From the NCBI RefSeq assembly GCF_964355755.1, contig NC_092680.1, forward strand, positions 9,176,001-9,240,000: a stretch of DNA of 64,000 nt. Direction: 5' to 3'. Positions within the stretch are counted from its first letter, which is position 1. Every line of letters begins with the position of its first letter. Source of the DNA: Antedon mediterranea (taxonomy: Eukaryota; Animalia; Echinodermata). The notes under the pieces are model-generated. The model was not told the DNA's origin. It searched no databases and worked only from the letters and a program-made list of their open reading frames with translations. The position numbers and the translations under genes are program-made. Of this stretch, positions 11,557 to 26,700 are shown piece by piece.

Positions 11557-11715
11557 ATGACAAAGTCAAAAGATAAGGAGCTAACTTTAAGCACAGGCAG
11601 CAGCAGTATGGAGTTAGAGAAGAGTTCTTTAGGTGGGGATTCCGTTGTTCAGGAAGCTGTAGATGTTGATGATAAACCCTCTACCTCGGTATCCACAAAC
11701 GAGAACAAAGTAAAG
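11557..11715 (+). CDS. ASH1L: ASH1L probable first coding exon [14 protein letters not shown]...NENKVK
   Basis: Open 53 codons, donor AAG|gtaaaa, phase 0, matching the phase-0 acceptor at 35653. No homology evidence. Confidence 0.65.
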
Positions 11716-14700
11716 GTAAAATAAAACACACTTCATTTTTTCAATTCACCATTTTGCGAGAGACACTACATTTAAATGTTGAATTTTTTTTTCTGGTGAG
11801 AACCAAGCTGCATAGTGCTTGTTCCATAAGCACTGGGATTTTCTCAAGGTCATACCACCTTACTGTATAAGGTTGGCTTACTTTTGTGTTCTTGAGCCTT
11901 AATCCTGCAGGCCCCAGTGAACTTAAAAGGGAAATATTGTTACAAGCCCACAACAAAGGCATTACCTTCTGCATTACACAATGAATTGTTTTCCTTTATT
12001 CAACTGTCGGGGCTGCATAAGTAAGAGGCTGGATTGTTTGTTAAACTGAAACCGCACTGTTATTGAATAGGTATTTACTTATGTATACTGAATGTTTATT
12101 ATCCTAAATTTACAGATAGTTTAATTTAATTCAGAAACTTGGCTGTCTTTTCTCACTAGTAACTAACATTATTATTCAGGCAAACATAGTGAGTTCATAC
12201 AATACTGTTAGCAAGATACGCATAATAATTGAGAGGTTGTATGGAGTAATTCTTAGCTGTAATGCATCAGCGGAATCAATTTGACCCAGATAATGTCAAC
12301 TCAACAAATTTGAAAGTAATATTTCTACAGCCTACACTATACCTAGTGATTGTTTTGTGGGTAATAACGGAATCATTCAATAATTCAAAGTTGCAATGCC
12401 ATCTTGGTTTGAAATATACAAAAGTACCGGCAGTGGCACTGGTAGACCCAGGCCATCACCAGGGTACTACCAGGAAAGAGCTTTAAAAAGGAACTATGTG
12501 GTGCATGGAAATGATTACTGCTTAATTCACACATAGTACAACCACAAGTTTTAGTGAATGCTAATTTTGTATTAATAATACTGACCTTCTTGATTGTGTT
12601 GAATGATATTAACTAAATGCTAGCCTTGTTTTCAGTGACTACACCAAGGTGGCTTTTTATTCTTTAGTGGGAATTTAATTAACATGATTGTAAAGGCCTC
12701 TTATTGTGCAGTGTTTTGTTACTGAATGCATTCAAACATTTACCATGTATGGTATTATAAATTCGTGTTAGTGTCAAAAGTCTGCTTTTGGAACTGAATG
12801 AAATGTTAAAATAACTATTAATATCATAATAGTTAAAAAGTAGCCTCAGCTCTGATAAAGTCTATTTTCTCCTCATGTTTAATACGGTAGTGGGGCGATT
12901 CGGCCCTGAGACGATTTGGCCCTGAGACGATTCGGCCCTGAGACGATTCGGCACACTTAAATTTATCGGCTGAAAATTTTTCCCCAAACTTTATTTTCAG
13001 AGAGACTACATGGGGTAGTACTACTAGGGATAAAGATACAATAAAGCAAACATTTTGAAAACAAAATGACCATTTTTAGTCACACGAAAGATGTAAACAA
13101 GTTACGCCCTCTGTTAGCCGCTTTGCGAATGCATGAAGTAAACAAGGTTTTCAAAGTAATAAATTGAATATAAAATTACTTTTTTTTAGTAATTTATTAA
13201 TTATACAGTATATATTATATCAACATTGTCAATATTAATAAAATACGGATTGTTAGACACCTTTAAAAACTTGATAAATACCAAAAAAAATAAATGAATA
13301 TGAATTTGGTCTAAAGTGAGACGTTTCGGCCCACAAAGTGGGATGTTTCGGCCCAAAAGTGGGGGCCGAATTGTCTCTGGGCCGAGTCGTCCTGGAACCT
13401 TTATACATTAATACAGTAACTGATACTGAGCTAATTCTTGAGTAACATGCAGAGCAGAAAGCAAATTATTGAGTTCACAAAAATGATATTGTCGAACGGA
13501 AAGATATTACAGTAGACCTACTAGTACTATAGTACATAATTTTATACAGACTTAATACAGTAGTGAGAAAGGTCTTCAATCAATCATGAATATTCATAAC
13601 GTGTGTTAGTAAAAATCAATCAATTCCTTAAGAATTTATCATTAATATAAAGAAACACATTTCTTAATTAGCATACAGTATTTCCAGGTAAAATGTTGTT
13701 TGTAGAAGTGTTTTGGCAATTAGCCCATGTGCGTTATTGATAAGGTCCTCTATATAACTTGGCAACTTGCCTTCTAGATTCAGTTCTTTTCATTCTACAT
13801 TTTTCCGGTCTTTTATTAAATATTTAATTATCTAAGGTTTTTAACTCCTGTACACTAAACACTCTGTTGAATAATATAATATTCTTGTATTACTGTAGTA
13901 TTTGGATGTTGGTTATAATGGTTTTTTTACACATTTTTATACAAAAATTCCAACTTTTCTTCATTTATTTGTTCCTATTGATTTTTGTATTTCATTTTTT
14001 TCAAATACTGTATTTTATAATGAAAAAAAAAACAAAAACACACCCCCTAGAATAAGCGTACAGTACCCCTCCTTCCACTTCAAATAGTGACAATATATCA
14101 TTTGTATCCTGCAACTAGGTTTATAAATGACCATTGACCTACAAGTTGACCACTTTAAAGGTACATTACCTAGCAGACAGGGTACTGCTGTCATAATATT
14201 TGTAATCATTCCACCACATTGTTTATTTTAAACATGAATTCTACAGTAAAGAGGTTAAAAATAAATTATTTTCCACAAAGAGCAGGCCTCTGATATTACT
14301 GTGTACTACACTGTACTTACTGTAGTTTCTCTGTTAAACACAGAGAGGTGTAATAAGCCGAAGGCCAGAGGGCATACTCCAGACTGAAAAGTGATTCCAA
14401 CAGGAGGTGGAACCAAAAAGATGGCGGCTGTAAATGTGTTCAAAAACATTATTTTATATAGCAAAAAAGCACAGTGAAGTTTTTATAAAATTAAACATAT
14501 TGTTTATTCGCAATGGAATGAATTATTTCTTTCCTGGTAATCTAGTATTTCTTGTATACGAGGATCATATCGAATGCGTTTATACGCTTCTTAACACGTT
14601 GTGTTGCGTATCATTCTCGCGCAGATACAGTAGGCTAAACACAGGCGTATAGTAGTGTGTACTGCGTATATCTGATTGTTTGATTGCAGACGCCATGTTG

Positions 14701-17700
14701 TTGGTTCCCTCTCCATGTAGAATCACTTTTTGAACTGCGATAAGGCCAAATAAAAAAATATACTTGTTAAGCGTCACACCCTCATAAATTTTCAGGGGCG
14801 GTGGGACGTTTTTTTTTTTTTTTTTACTTTTTATGGAGGTATATTTTTGCGCGGTGGACGTTTTGGCCCACTTTTTTTAGGACGAAACGTCAAACTTTTA
14901 AAATGCGAAACAGAACAAAATTGACTAGGCCTATGTATGAAATTATTATTGCCTATGACAAAATTGAGTTTTGTATTGTTTATATCCAGACGTATTAAAA
15001 CATTAAATTTAATTGCCACCAAGCGAAATTGTAGGCCCTAGGCTAACTAATCCGTCGAAGCTGCTACCCCCGCCTCACTCATCGGCCATCCGCCGTCTCT
15101 CGCTCGACTCATCTATTCAGGAAATTCCCTATCGCGAGAAGCATGATTTGGTCTCAATAATACTAAATAGTGGGCTGATTTATAGTTTGAAAACAGCTTA
15201 CGGCATTTCTTAAGTGAATTTTTATTCAACGTATTCATTCTTCTTTGATGAATCCTTAGCCAATTGCTGTGTAAATCAGTATAAATTAAAGTTGTGATGC
15301 AAAAAGTGTAATTCCACAGGTAAACCAGGCATAAGGAAACCCATCGCCCAACAGGACCTCGTGGTGTGCCGTTATGTATGGGGTGTTTCCAATTTACAAA
15401 CCTATAAAAAAACGCGCTTCGACCACTGTGTAGGCAAAATATTTATTTCGTTAAATCCCTAAATTGATAATTGCGTATTCTGTAATCACGTGACTGATGA
15501 TGTAATCCTCAGCAACGTACTAAATGCACATGATTTAATGTGTTGGGGAAAAAGCTTGCTGTTTACCACATTACATGATTCACAGTGCTATTCGCGTTTC
15601 CTTGACGTAAATCGGCGGCGTGTAAATGAAACAATTGTTTTCACCAAATTGCCATTGTCGACATAGAGCGATCGGCAGCTAGCGTTGGCTAAGCTAAAAA
15701 GTACGTATTTTTCAAAAATTACACTAGCCTAGCAAACATTTGCTTGTTTTGAAATTTTCAACTAGCAATTATGAAGAATCTAGCGTGAATTTCGAGCCCT
15801 ACTCTGGAGCTGGGCCGGGCCGCTGAACTTTCCGTTGTATATGGGTGGTTAAAAAAAAAAAGAAAAAAAAGAGAGGCGGCTGGATAATCAGTATATAATA
15901 TATATATATATAACAAGTATGTTTTTTTATTTGGCCTAACATTTGAGTTTGCTATCCAACCTTCGGCTATATAAAATCTTTGGTTGAAAATGACAGAAAG
16001 ATGCACCTTTCCGCCAAAAGTATTTGCCCATTTCTGCTTCAAAATGCTATTGTTTTAAAATGTTTTTTTTTCATATTTTGTCCAGCCTCAATTGATTCTT
16101 TGGTGTTCTAATAAAATGTTTTGAGTACCTAAAACTCAAATCTATTCAGCTGTTCTACTATGCATGAAAATTGGACTCCATCACATAACAATTAACATTT
16201 TTCAATAAAATAGTTAAAAAGATTATTTATAAAATCCTTTGTTTATTGTCTTTTTTTTACAGTATCATCTTAAATATCTTTCTACCACTTTCATGAAATC
16301 ATCATAATACTGTAACTTGATCATCGTTATTATCAATTTCATCATTATCTGGATCATTTAAATCATCACCATCAACATAATAATGAATTTCATCATCAAC
16401 ATCTTGATAATAATGAATTTCATCATCAACATCTTGATAATTATAAATTTCATCATCAACATCTTGATAATAATGAATTTCATCATCAACATCTTGATAA
16501 TAATGAATTTCATCATCAAAATCTTGATAATAATGAATTTCATCATCAACATCTTGATAATTATAAATTTCATTTGTTTGTGACATCAACATATTGCTTA
16601 AAAACCCAAGACAAGTGAGAACATGAATCCTTTGTAAATAATGGTGGTAGTGTCATACAAGGTCAACTTTAATTGGCTAGACAGGATCAAATTAATTAAA
16701 GCTAGCCAATGATTGCTATCCTACCTTGTAAGTATGACCTGATGGGATAATATTAATTAAATTGTAACCAATGGTTATAGCTACAATAGCCATAAAAGCT
16801 ATAAAAATAGAGTTATGCTAGGCCTGGAATACTAATTAAAGGCTGGATGGATCTTTATAGTTTAGATAGAATGTTATCTCATATACAATACATACTGAAA
16901 CATGTAATCAATTTTAAATGTAGTTGGTTGTTTATGTAAAGACACTAGACCTACGTTTTCTCGACCTACTGTAATTTAAGGTCACACACTACGTTTTATG
17001 TAAAAATAAATACTATATGGACATTTTGCGATAGTTTTTTTCCGTCTTTAAACGGTTAAAAAGGTGAAAAATAAGGCGATTCTAATATTTATAGCTGCCT
17101 GTTATAAATCCCAACATGCATTGCGCGCGGATTGATATTCTCATATTGTGATGTGATTTACCCACTTCGATCGATCACGTGAAAGGTAAACAAATAGAAG
17201 AAGAACCGTAACTTTTTAGCGAAAATACGAGGTGAATTTTATAAAACAAGAAGTGAAGGAAGGCTACAGAGAGACGACTTCTAATGAAAACAGGAGGACA
17301 AATAACCTCATAAGCTGCACAAACTTACTGTAGTGGCAGAAAAAAGATGCTTTTATCAAACTATGATGTAACTTTAGTAACAATGCTTCATGTTTTTTTT
17401 TCCAATGGCAAATTTGATCTTAAATTGTGCACAGTTAAACCCAACTGAAGAATGATTAATATTATTCAAAATTGTAACATTTTCATAATAAACTATTGTA
17501 CCAAAACAGACCTTTTAGGAATATAAGTAATTCGGTCTTACTTACCCTATTTAGAATACGGTAATGGAGTACTGTAGCACTAGCAGTCGAACGATGTCCA
17601 AAGCTGGAAGTATCCTAGGCTCGAAGTAAATAAACTATGCACAGAGTGTAGGAGTAACAATATCCACACGAAGCGCGTAGTACGTGCGCAGTGTAAAGCC

Positions 17701-20700
17701 TAGGCCAGTTCAGGACGATATATATACAACGGTACAATAATTGAAACATGATAACATACAGTAACACGTAATAAAATATGAAGTAAAGTTAAAACGCTAA
17801 TATTGAAATGTAATGTGCTAATAATTAGAACAACTAATTATCGTAAAACTAGTAAAAACTCGCTAATGATTTGCTCATAAAAATGAGAGAGAGATCGCTC
17901 GTTGCGCGTTCGCTATATTTACAACGACAGCAATTTGCATAACCTCTACGCGCTGAGCGCACACACGCAAATATGTGTGTGAAGTTCCTACAACTTATTA
18001 CTGAAAAGCTGAATCGAAATTAATGAAGAGAGAAGAAAAAAAGATTTCTTTCCTTTTATCTTCCTATTTTTGTTGTTTTTAAAATTTAACTGGAGTGCAC
18101 CCTCTATCAATGCTTTTGTTTTATATGATAACATTATGTTAATTATATTTGTCATTTCTGCATTATCGACTTCAGTCCATGTCATTGCACATGATTAAAT
18201 AGTAAGTACCACTATCAGTGCACCCTCTACAGTTGAATTTAAAAGCTTATCTATGGCGACACTTAATAAATAGATGTTTAGTTAGCAATGCATGATTGAA
18301 GTGCTGAAGGGAATTAAGAACAAGTGGGAATTACTATATATTACATGATTAATTGTGGCTCAGATTTAAGGTAACATCTTTGATGATTTGTTGTGCTTGT
18401 TTATTAAATGGATCCAGTCTTGGATGTTTAACAATTGGGCTATACTGTATTTTGCTCTTACGGAGAAAATATGTTTTTACAAATTATCAAAACAATACTG
18501 TAGCTAACCGTGCTAATTGTTTTAAAAGTTAAAGTTGATAAGCCTAATAAGTACTGCATCAACGGCCATTACGCATAATCCTGATGGTCTACTGTATGAG
18601 CACCAAACAAAGTGATTTGAAGGTTGTTGGTTCGCATCCTAACTGAGAACAATTTGCAATTGTTTTGATAGTTAAGTTTTATCATTATCTTTGTTAATGT
18701 AATTATTTCAGCTTTTGCTGCTTTTGAATATTTTTATATAATATACCGAAAATTAATAAATAAATAAATTAAAAATGAAAAAAACAAAAATAAATGTATT
18801 CTGGAGCTGTCATTCATAGGCTACCAATAACACTTCCGGTTTATAATTTCAGCTTTATGGATTTTTTCTGGTTCTTATTGAAATTGTGTAGTACTGTACG
18901 CCATTAATTTATACAGGGAAATCATTTTAGAAGGAAGTAGTGAGAGTGTTTGTTGGAAAATAAAATGATATGTATAAACTGTGTTAACAGCTTAACCTAA
19001 AGGTGATATAATCAAATAGATCGTTTTCTATTAACCAATGAAAGTGAGTGCGTAAAAAGTTTAAATGTGTCTTTCATTCTTACCTTTTCCTATGTCGACA
19101 CAATTCAGGATGTACTAATGAGTCATGTTACATTTCCGTTGAGATGTAAGAAATTTATTTTAAAATGCCATAATTGAGGTTTAAATGGGTAAATCTACAA
19201 ACATGAAAACATTTTTTGTGTGTGTTCAGAATGCATTTAGAACTAATATTGGACATTTTAATATTAATATTTATTTGTACAGGATCCATATTAATGAAAG
19301 TGGGGAGAGAGAGGAGAAGAGTGTACCAATGAGGCTTAAGGCTGAGATAAAATCGTGAGCGAGAATGACATGACTTTTCAAAGCATTCAATTCAAAACAT
19401 TTCATTTAGAAAATGTCATTTAAAACATTTCATTTAAAGCATTTCATTCAAAATATTTCATTCACATATCGCGTCATCAAATTTATATCAACAAAATATT
19501 GCATAAACGGCGTTCCATATAAAATACAGATTCACAAAAACATTGGTGGATACTCCCAGGAGGTTAAGGTTCAAATGTCATATTTTATTTTTTAAATGGT
19601 TTGTTAAGGAGCTCCCCTAAAATGGAATGTGTTCTTGTAAACATACAGTATCTAGACTAGTACTGTAAATTCCTGTACACAAGCAAACAATTGTAAAAAA
19701 TTTAAATTTCTGAAGCAGCGCAGTAGAATGAAAATGTTATACCAGGAAACATTTATGTCTACAGAGAATGCCTAAAGTTTCTAACTTGCTTTTGCCCTTT
19801 GACCTTATGAAATTTATGATTTATAATGTTATTAACTTATAGACAAATTTTGAAATGGTGGTTCTGTAAACTTGGTCTTTTAATTAATAGATACTGTAGA
19901 ATACGTTTAAAAACACTGCAGTAACTGTATAGATTATTAAAATCTTTAAAAATTCTATTCTTCTGAGGTTACACAAGGTACTACAGTATAAAGCTCTGTT
20001 TAAACTATCAAACTTTATGTGATAAAAAAATGTGGTCATATATGGATCACTACCATATTTAAACATATACAGTATCACAACCATATTTGGGCACATCATC
20101 ACACGTTTAGTGTAGACAGAGCTTAAGATGAAACTAAAAAACTGAATGAAAGAAAAAACCCCAATTGAATATTATAAACAAACAACCATGATGAATAAAT
20201 GCAGTAGAACCCCCATTAAGGAGACACCTAAAGCCATTCATTAATAGTTGGCAGTATTTAAAATCATGAAAATGTGCCCCTTAATGGGGTGTCCCCTGAA
20301 AGAGGGTCATATACTTCATTGCTGCTATATAGATTATAAAAATAAAATAATCTGAAATGAAATATGAGCAAAAATCACTCATTCTTTCTAAAGAAACTGT
20401 ACCCAAGTTATGTTACTCATTTTATAAGGATTTGTTAAAATAACTCGTGGAATATGAGTAATCATTTCAAAATTGGCAATTAATGATTTGTTTAAAGTTT
20501 ACTGTAGGTCTACAGCCTTAAAATGTTATGTGAAACTAAGATATTTATTAAGTAATTTATTTGCCATCATTAACTATATAATTGGGACCTCCTGTGTTTT
20601 ACCTTGGCATTTCCTTATATTTCACACAACCTTCTTGTAAGATTTTTTTACTATAATTATAAAAAGGTCAAGTACTTTTGATACTTAAAATGTGGCAAAT

Positions 20701-23700
20701 TAGCAAAGTAATAAGTTATTGATATGTTTTTCTTTTATTCCATCTAGGCATATACTGTATTTAGATTTCATATTAAAGCCTTGTTCCCACTAGGACATAA
20801 CGCAACAAGTTAATTATATGTGTTGACCAATGACAAGTGACATTGCAGATGAGCTTGGACAAATGGTGGCTTGTAATGGTCAAATACTGCTGGTGCATCC
20901 TAAATGTTTAAGTCCTACTTAGAATCGATTAAATTAATCTGTGTCATTTACTTAGCGACGTCTTTATTTACCTATTTACCTACAGTAGTGCTGAAATTAG
21001 GGTATTGTTTTGCCTAAGGTGATGTGGTGTTGCATAGTATTTAAATCAAGGTCACATCATAATTAATATCGTAAGTGTTCACACTCTGCAATTTGATCAA
21101 TGAATGTTAGTATTACAAATACAAACCCATTTTTGTTTATAACGTGCTACTGTTCCAACCTACAGTAGAGAAAAATGTGGCTTGGTGTGTCACTTTCGCC
21201 ACAGGTACAATTTCATAATTATCTTAATTTTTCGTTTCCTACTGTATTTATTCAGCTCAAGGAATACAATTTGTGTAGGTTGAAATAGGCCATTTGTGAG
21301 ATTTTAAACCTGTGCAAATATACATACGATGATCAGATATATAAAATACAATGATATTGCAGATTACATTTTATAACTAGAAAGCCACTCCGAGAGTGCA
21401 TACCTCCGCCTACTGTAAAATTCTCCTACATAAGATTTCTCCGGTAAAAAAAATATATGTATATATTTGTGTGTGTCTTAATGCTGTTTGTGATTGAGGC
21501 TAATTTCACTACAAGCATGTGTATGCAAGTTTGGTGTAATGGTTATGTAACAAGCCTTTCAATTAACAATAGCTTCAATTGACTAACAATAGAACAGCAA
21601 CGCGAAAATCAAACGAGTGAATTTGAAAAGAAATAGGTTTTTTAAACTACTCGCATCAAAAAACATGCACATTAAATCAAATTATGTTTTAAAATTACAA
21701 ATCACAAATTATAACTCTTGTCTCTCGTACAAAAATGAAGTTTTTTGGACAAGTAGTTCTCGAGAAAATGCAATTTCAGTTTACTTGTTACTTTAAGACT
21801 GCTCACCGGCTTTTGAAAAATTCTGTCCTATCTTTTAACACTAGCAGGTCTGAAAAGTATACTCAAAAAGTGGTCCAGAATTGGGACCATGGTCCCAAAT
21901 GGTCCCAAAATTTAATGGAATGGTCCTTGACCACATATCTGTATAATCGTTTTGGTAAATCTTTTAAATAAGTAAGTGAATAAAATTGGCACAAATTTTC
22001 TTTAAAATTGCATATCAATTGTCATTGAAAATCAGTGATGCACATACTAAAACTAACGATTACTACTACTACTACTACTACTATTTTATTTGCGATTACA
22101 AGATATGGTCGCACTTTTCAAATTTTAAACATGACTCTGAAATCAAATATACAGGTATCATTCTAATTCATAAAATATGTAACAGGTCTTATTATTTTAA
22201 TATCATGACAAAACTTGTAAATTTACTGTAAATTGGTAATTCTTCCATCCATTAAAAAAAAATATAATACATTTTCTCATTTTCAAATTGATCAAAATAC
22301 TAAACTTATAATACAATGTCTAGTGTTATTTTGCATTGAATTAATTAGCATTCAATACAATATGCTGTTCACATGATATGTTGTTACAGTCATCTACTAA
22401 TAATTTCACATTCAAATTAACAATTTGTCATGGCAATGTCTACGTCAGAAGCTAATTTGCACTGTGCCACAAAGATGAAAATACTTTCAATACAGGACAT
22501 AATATACTAAAACACACTCGGTTATCTTAATGTCTGTTTGTGGCGTAGTCATCAGCGTAAAACTGTTTGTCTGCTTGGAACAGTGTTCAATGATGCGTGG
22601 TGACCTAAAGAAAGATTGTATTTTCTGTCAGTGATGATCAACTAAATTTAGCAATGATATTTAGCAGATCATTTATTTTTCCTTCTGAAATGTTGTTATA
22701 AATAAATTTTTGATATTTGACAGATGCAAATGTGCAGTTATTAATAAAGAATGACGATGCTTAATTTGTTGTTTTTTTCTGCCTTCTGGGCTAGTGAGTT
22801 ACTAGCCCACTTTGTCATTTTGCTGCTACAGTACATCTTGAAATTGAAAACAAATTATATGAATTTTATTTATTTTCTCATCATGGGTGACCTCTCAAAT
22901 GTTATAGTTTTGATAGGTTAACAACTGCAATACATTTTTGATTATTAATTACTGCAAATTAAAAAGACTTCTTTCACTTTCAAAATTAATAACTTTTAAT
23001 TGAGATGTTAAAACATTCGTATCACAACTATATAATACAGTACATGTTAATTAACTTCCCAACCTTGTATTGTGTATTGTATCACAATGTTTAGAAATTC
23101 TACCCAGACCATAAGCTCATTAGTCCATCTAATAAATGACACACTCAGTGAGGTCGGCCAGTGTCAAACTCAAGTTGAGTAAGCTACTAGAGCTGAGCTA
23201 CAATTATCTAAGCATGTGTGATGTGGTTTGGTCTGAATGACGCTTTCTCACCAGAATGACAATTACACAAATAGTATGTACGTGTTATGGATGCGACACA
23301 CACAACATGGTTTGTTTATTACTGCCTCTGTTGTTATCTCAATTAGCAATAAAATTTAAGGTTGTATTGTATATAGCTCGAATAAAGCGGTTGAAGTCCA
23401 TATATGTACTGTGTTATCATCTGTACCTTCCAAAAAAGAAAAGCTTGATAAAATATAAGTATGTTAACTGTTACATAAAGTTTCTTATGATACAGTAGGG
23501 TGCCTGTTTCTACTGCCAAGACAAATACTGCTGTAGTATTACAGTATACTTTATAATTTTTACTATACTTTTTTTTCAGCAGAAATAATTGTGTTCATAA
23601 AAAATACACCATATTCAAAATATAATTGTTTACGGTGAACTCTCAATCATTTGTGGATTTAATATGGAACTAGTACTGCCTTAAAAACTCTACACTATCA

Positions 23701-26700
23701 AACTTTATGTGACAAAAATGTTATGTGCCCATACTATATGGACATGATGTTATATCACTACCATATTTGGGCATATCACTACCATATTTGCGAACATCAC
23801 ATTTTTTTTGTCAAACTAGTTTGATAGTGTAGATAGAGCGTTATGAGTTAATATGTGATATTTTTTCACCTTAAAACATAATAAACCTACTGTTTTGAAT
23901 ACCTGTACTGTAGTGTAGCATACCGTAATAAAATTCATTTGTTTTTGTAATAAATTGTTGACATAATATTTTTGGTTCCTTTTTGTGACCAGATACAGAC
24001 AGTAAGTTTATTGTATGCATTCAATTGGAACGTGTCATTTAATATTTTTTTCTTTGGAATTATGATTTTAATCCTGCCCTAGATTTTATGCGGAAATTCT
24101 TTAACTTATCAAAACATCTACAAGTAAAAACATGATATTTGATAGCATTCCAGGAATTATATGAGGTTTATCAATATTTTCTATGGATTCCCTCCCCCAT
24201 CTGATTTATTTTTGGATGTTCACAAAATATAATTTTTTTAATAAATTGAAAATGATGATTTAATAAATAGAAATATCTTCTTGATCCATATTTTATAAAT
24301 CATATTTATATTTAATTGCAACATTTGCCAAATATCTTTTATACCTAAATTTAGACATGCTAATGTCAAATGATTTAAAAGAAACATGAAAATTATATTA
24401 AAACAGACAGTTTCCCTCCAGTAGTGTTGTTAAAAGGAAGACCCTCAAAATAATTGTTCTTGATTTGATCTTGAACTGATTTTAGATAGAGTGAAGGTCA
24501 TCTACTCTTTATTCTTTTCCTATTTCTCAATGCCTTTTAAATTTCTTTTTTAAAATTTATAAAATGACAATACTTCCGGCTTGCTGAAGCGCTAATATGA
24601 GATCCTATCAAATTAATTTATAGAAAACCTCTTGGGTTTTATAAATTAAAACATTTTCAATTGCAATTATATTTATTTAGTTTGGCAGTCTTGCATCATT
24701 CATTGAATTAATTTCCCAAAACATTGTTTACAGTCCACTGTGAATTGACCAACCGACTCAACCCTTTTGGGCCTTTCCAGGTTTATCCAAATGGTAACAA
24801 AAATAATTAGCTTAATTGTGGGTCTTTTGGCAGAAACACATACTGTAATAAATATATACGACTGTAGTATATATATCAGACTATTTCAAATATCATAGAA
24901 TATTTTGTTTACATAATGTTTGTAACATCCATTGCAGAAGTATATTCTCAACAGGGTATCATATTTAAATTGTGCAAATTGATTCAAGAATCAATAGTAG
25001 CAAACATTCAGTATTTACAGTAGTATGTTGTGGCGTCGTTTCTATAGATTAGTAATTTAATTCATATTAATCCTATTCCTATGAGCAGTTCTTTAATTTA
25101 AAATTAATTATTATTCTATTTGAGGAAATGTCCCTTATTGTATAGCTTGGCATTTTTAATATGTTACTGAACATGTTATTAACATATTATTCTAAATTTT
25201 AAACTTAATCAAATGGAAGTTGAAACATGAAAGTATTTAATGATCTGGTCCTTTTTTTCCTTATTTTAAAAATAATTTGTGTATATTTGTTACACTTGTT
25301 GTTTTGTTTGTTGCAATTTTAAAAGTAAAATTTATAAAAGTTTATTTTTAAATTTAGTTGTTCTCTTGTTTATTGTTCTTAATTTTAACAGCCTTTTATA
25401 TTTAGTTTGCCCGTGGAGTAATTTGCTGATCTAATTCTAAATATATGAGAAAAAAAATTATTCCAAAACATTTTCAATTTTTAGTTTTTCATTTTCACTA
25501 AAGTACATTTACATTACTGGTTTTCCCCACATACACAAAATAATGTTTTTTTTTCAATCATGCGCATTTATAAGTAATCTGTGCATACTTTGTCATCTTT
25601 CACAGTTAATTTTTTTTCCAAATTATGTTTATTTATAAATCCTATGTCTGTTTTCATCTAAAGACATGGATATTTTCGTCTCAAACACAGAGATATTGTT
25701 GTTATGTAGGTGACCTTTTCTATATGAAGGTCACGTTTCATTGCTAGCAGGCAGTTCTTGATTTGACCTGTCACGTCTGCTGTCCTACAGCAGCAGCAAC
25801 ATAAATTAAAGAAAGCTCAACTCTTATAATACTGCATGTTATCACATTCAACGCTACAACAACTTTCTCCTCACACTTTATGGAATTTATATAAATTGAT
25901 ATTACTTCTCTCCATGTGGAAGTTGGCAAGGTATGATTTTCAAAAGGCACTGTTTTGTTGTTATTGTTCATTAGATAATCAATTGATTATTTCTGTTGAA
26001 CTTGAGAACAGATGTTAGCTAAGATTTTAATCAATTCAATGTGGCAACTCATTGACTTCTCTTCATATTTATGTACATCATAGGCTTATATTACGCATGA
26101 GTCAGTCATGTAACAGAATTAAACACCCAGTGTGATAAAGGCTAGGTGGTAAATATCTACTTATTCAGTGATATAGGCTTGTTAAATTGAGCATGAAAAG
26201 ACATGAACTAGAGATCTTATTTATACAAATACAGCAGTTTACGTCTTTTGAATTTCTGTTTAATTCAGTGAGATTTTATAAGTTTGATTCATGTATTTTA
26301 CTTTGACAACTGTGCACTGAGTGAATTTATATATTTTACAGGTGCATTCATTATGCAATACAGTAATAACAAAAGATGATTCAGGTTGCTCTTTAGGTAC
26401 GTCCACACTAGCATAGTTATGATTTTGTATGCTACGCAGTGTACAACTCCATACAGTAGGTGTGAACTAGGAAAAGCCACCACCTTATAGGACAGCTCAA
26501 AGTACAAAATTAGTGAATGACGCTTGTACTATACGAAAGTTATGCATCAATGTTTACCCCCAGCCAATCAAATTACTATTGCATACAAGATGTTCGCCCA
26601 AATCTGTTACACTAAAGCATTAGTTAAGCAAGTCTGAACACTTCGCTGTTACAATAACTAATTATAATATGACATTGCGGGTGTTTCGAAACTAGCGACC

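Noticed and set aside
16302-16592. Repetitive ORFs ([10 protein letters not shown])n and ([10 protein letters not shown])n
   Set aside because: Translations of a 30-bp minisatellite; no splice or homology support.
19283-19354. Candidate cassette exon in the large ASH1L intron
   Set aside because: In phase 0, which the flanking exons require, it hits TAA at codon 4. It could only be a poison exon, and nothing supports that.
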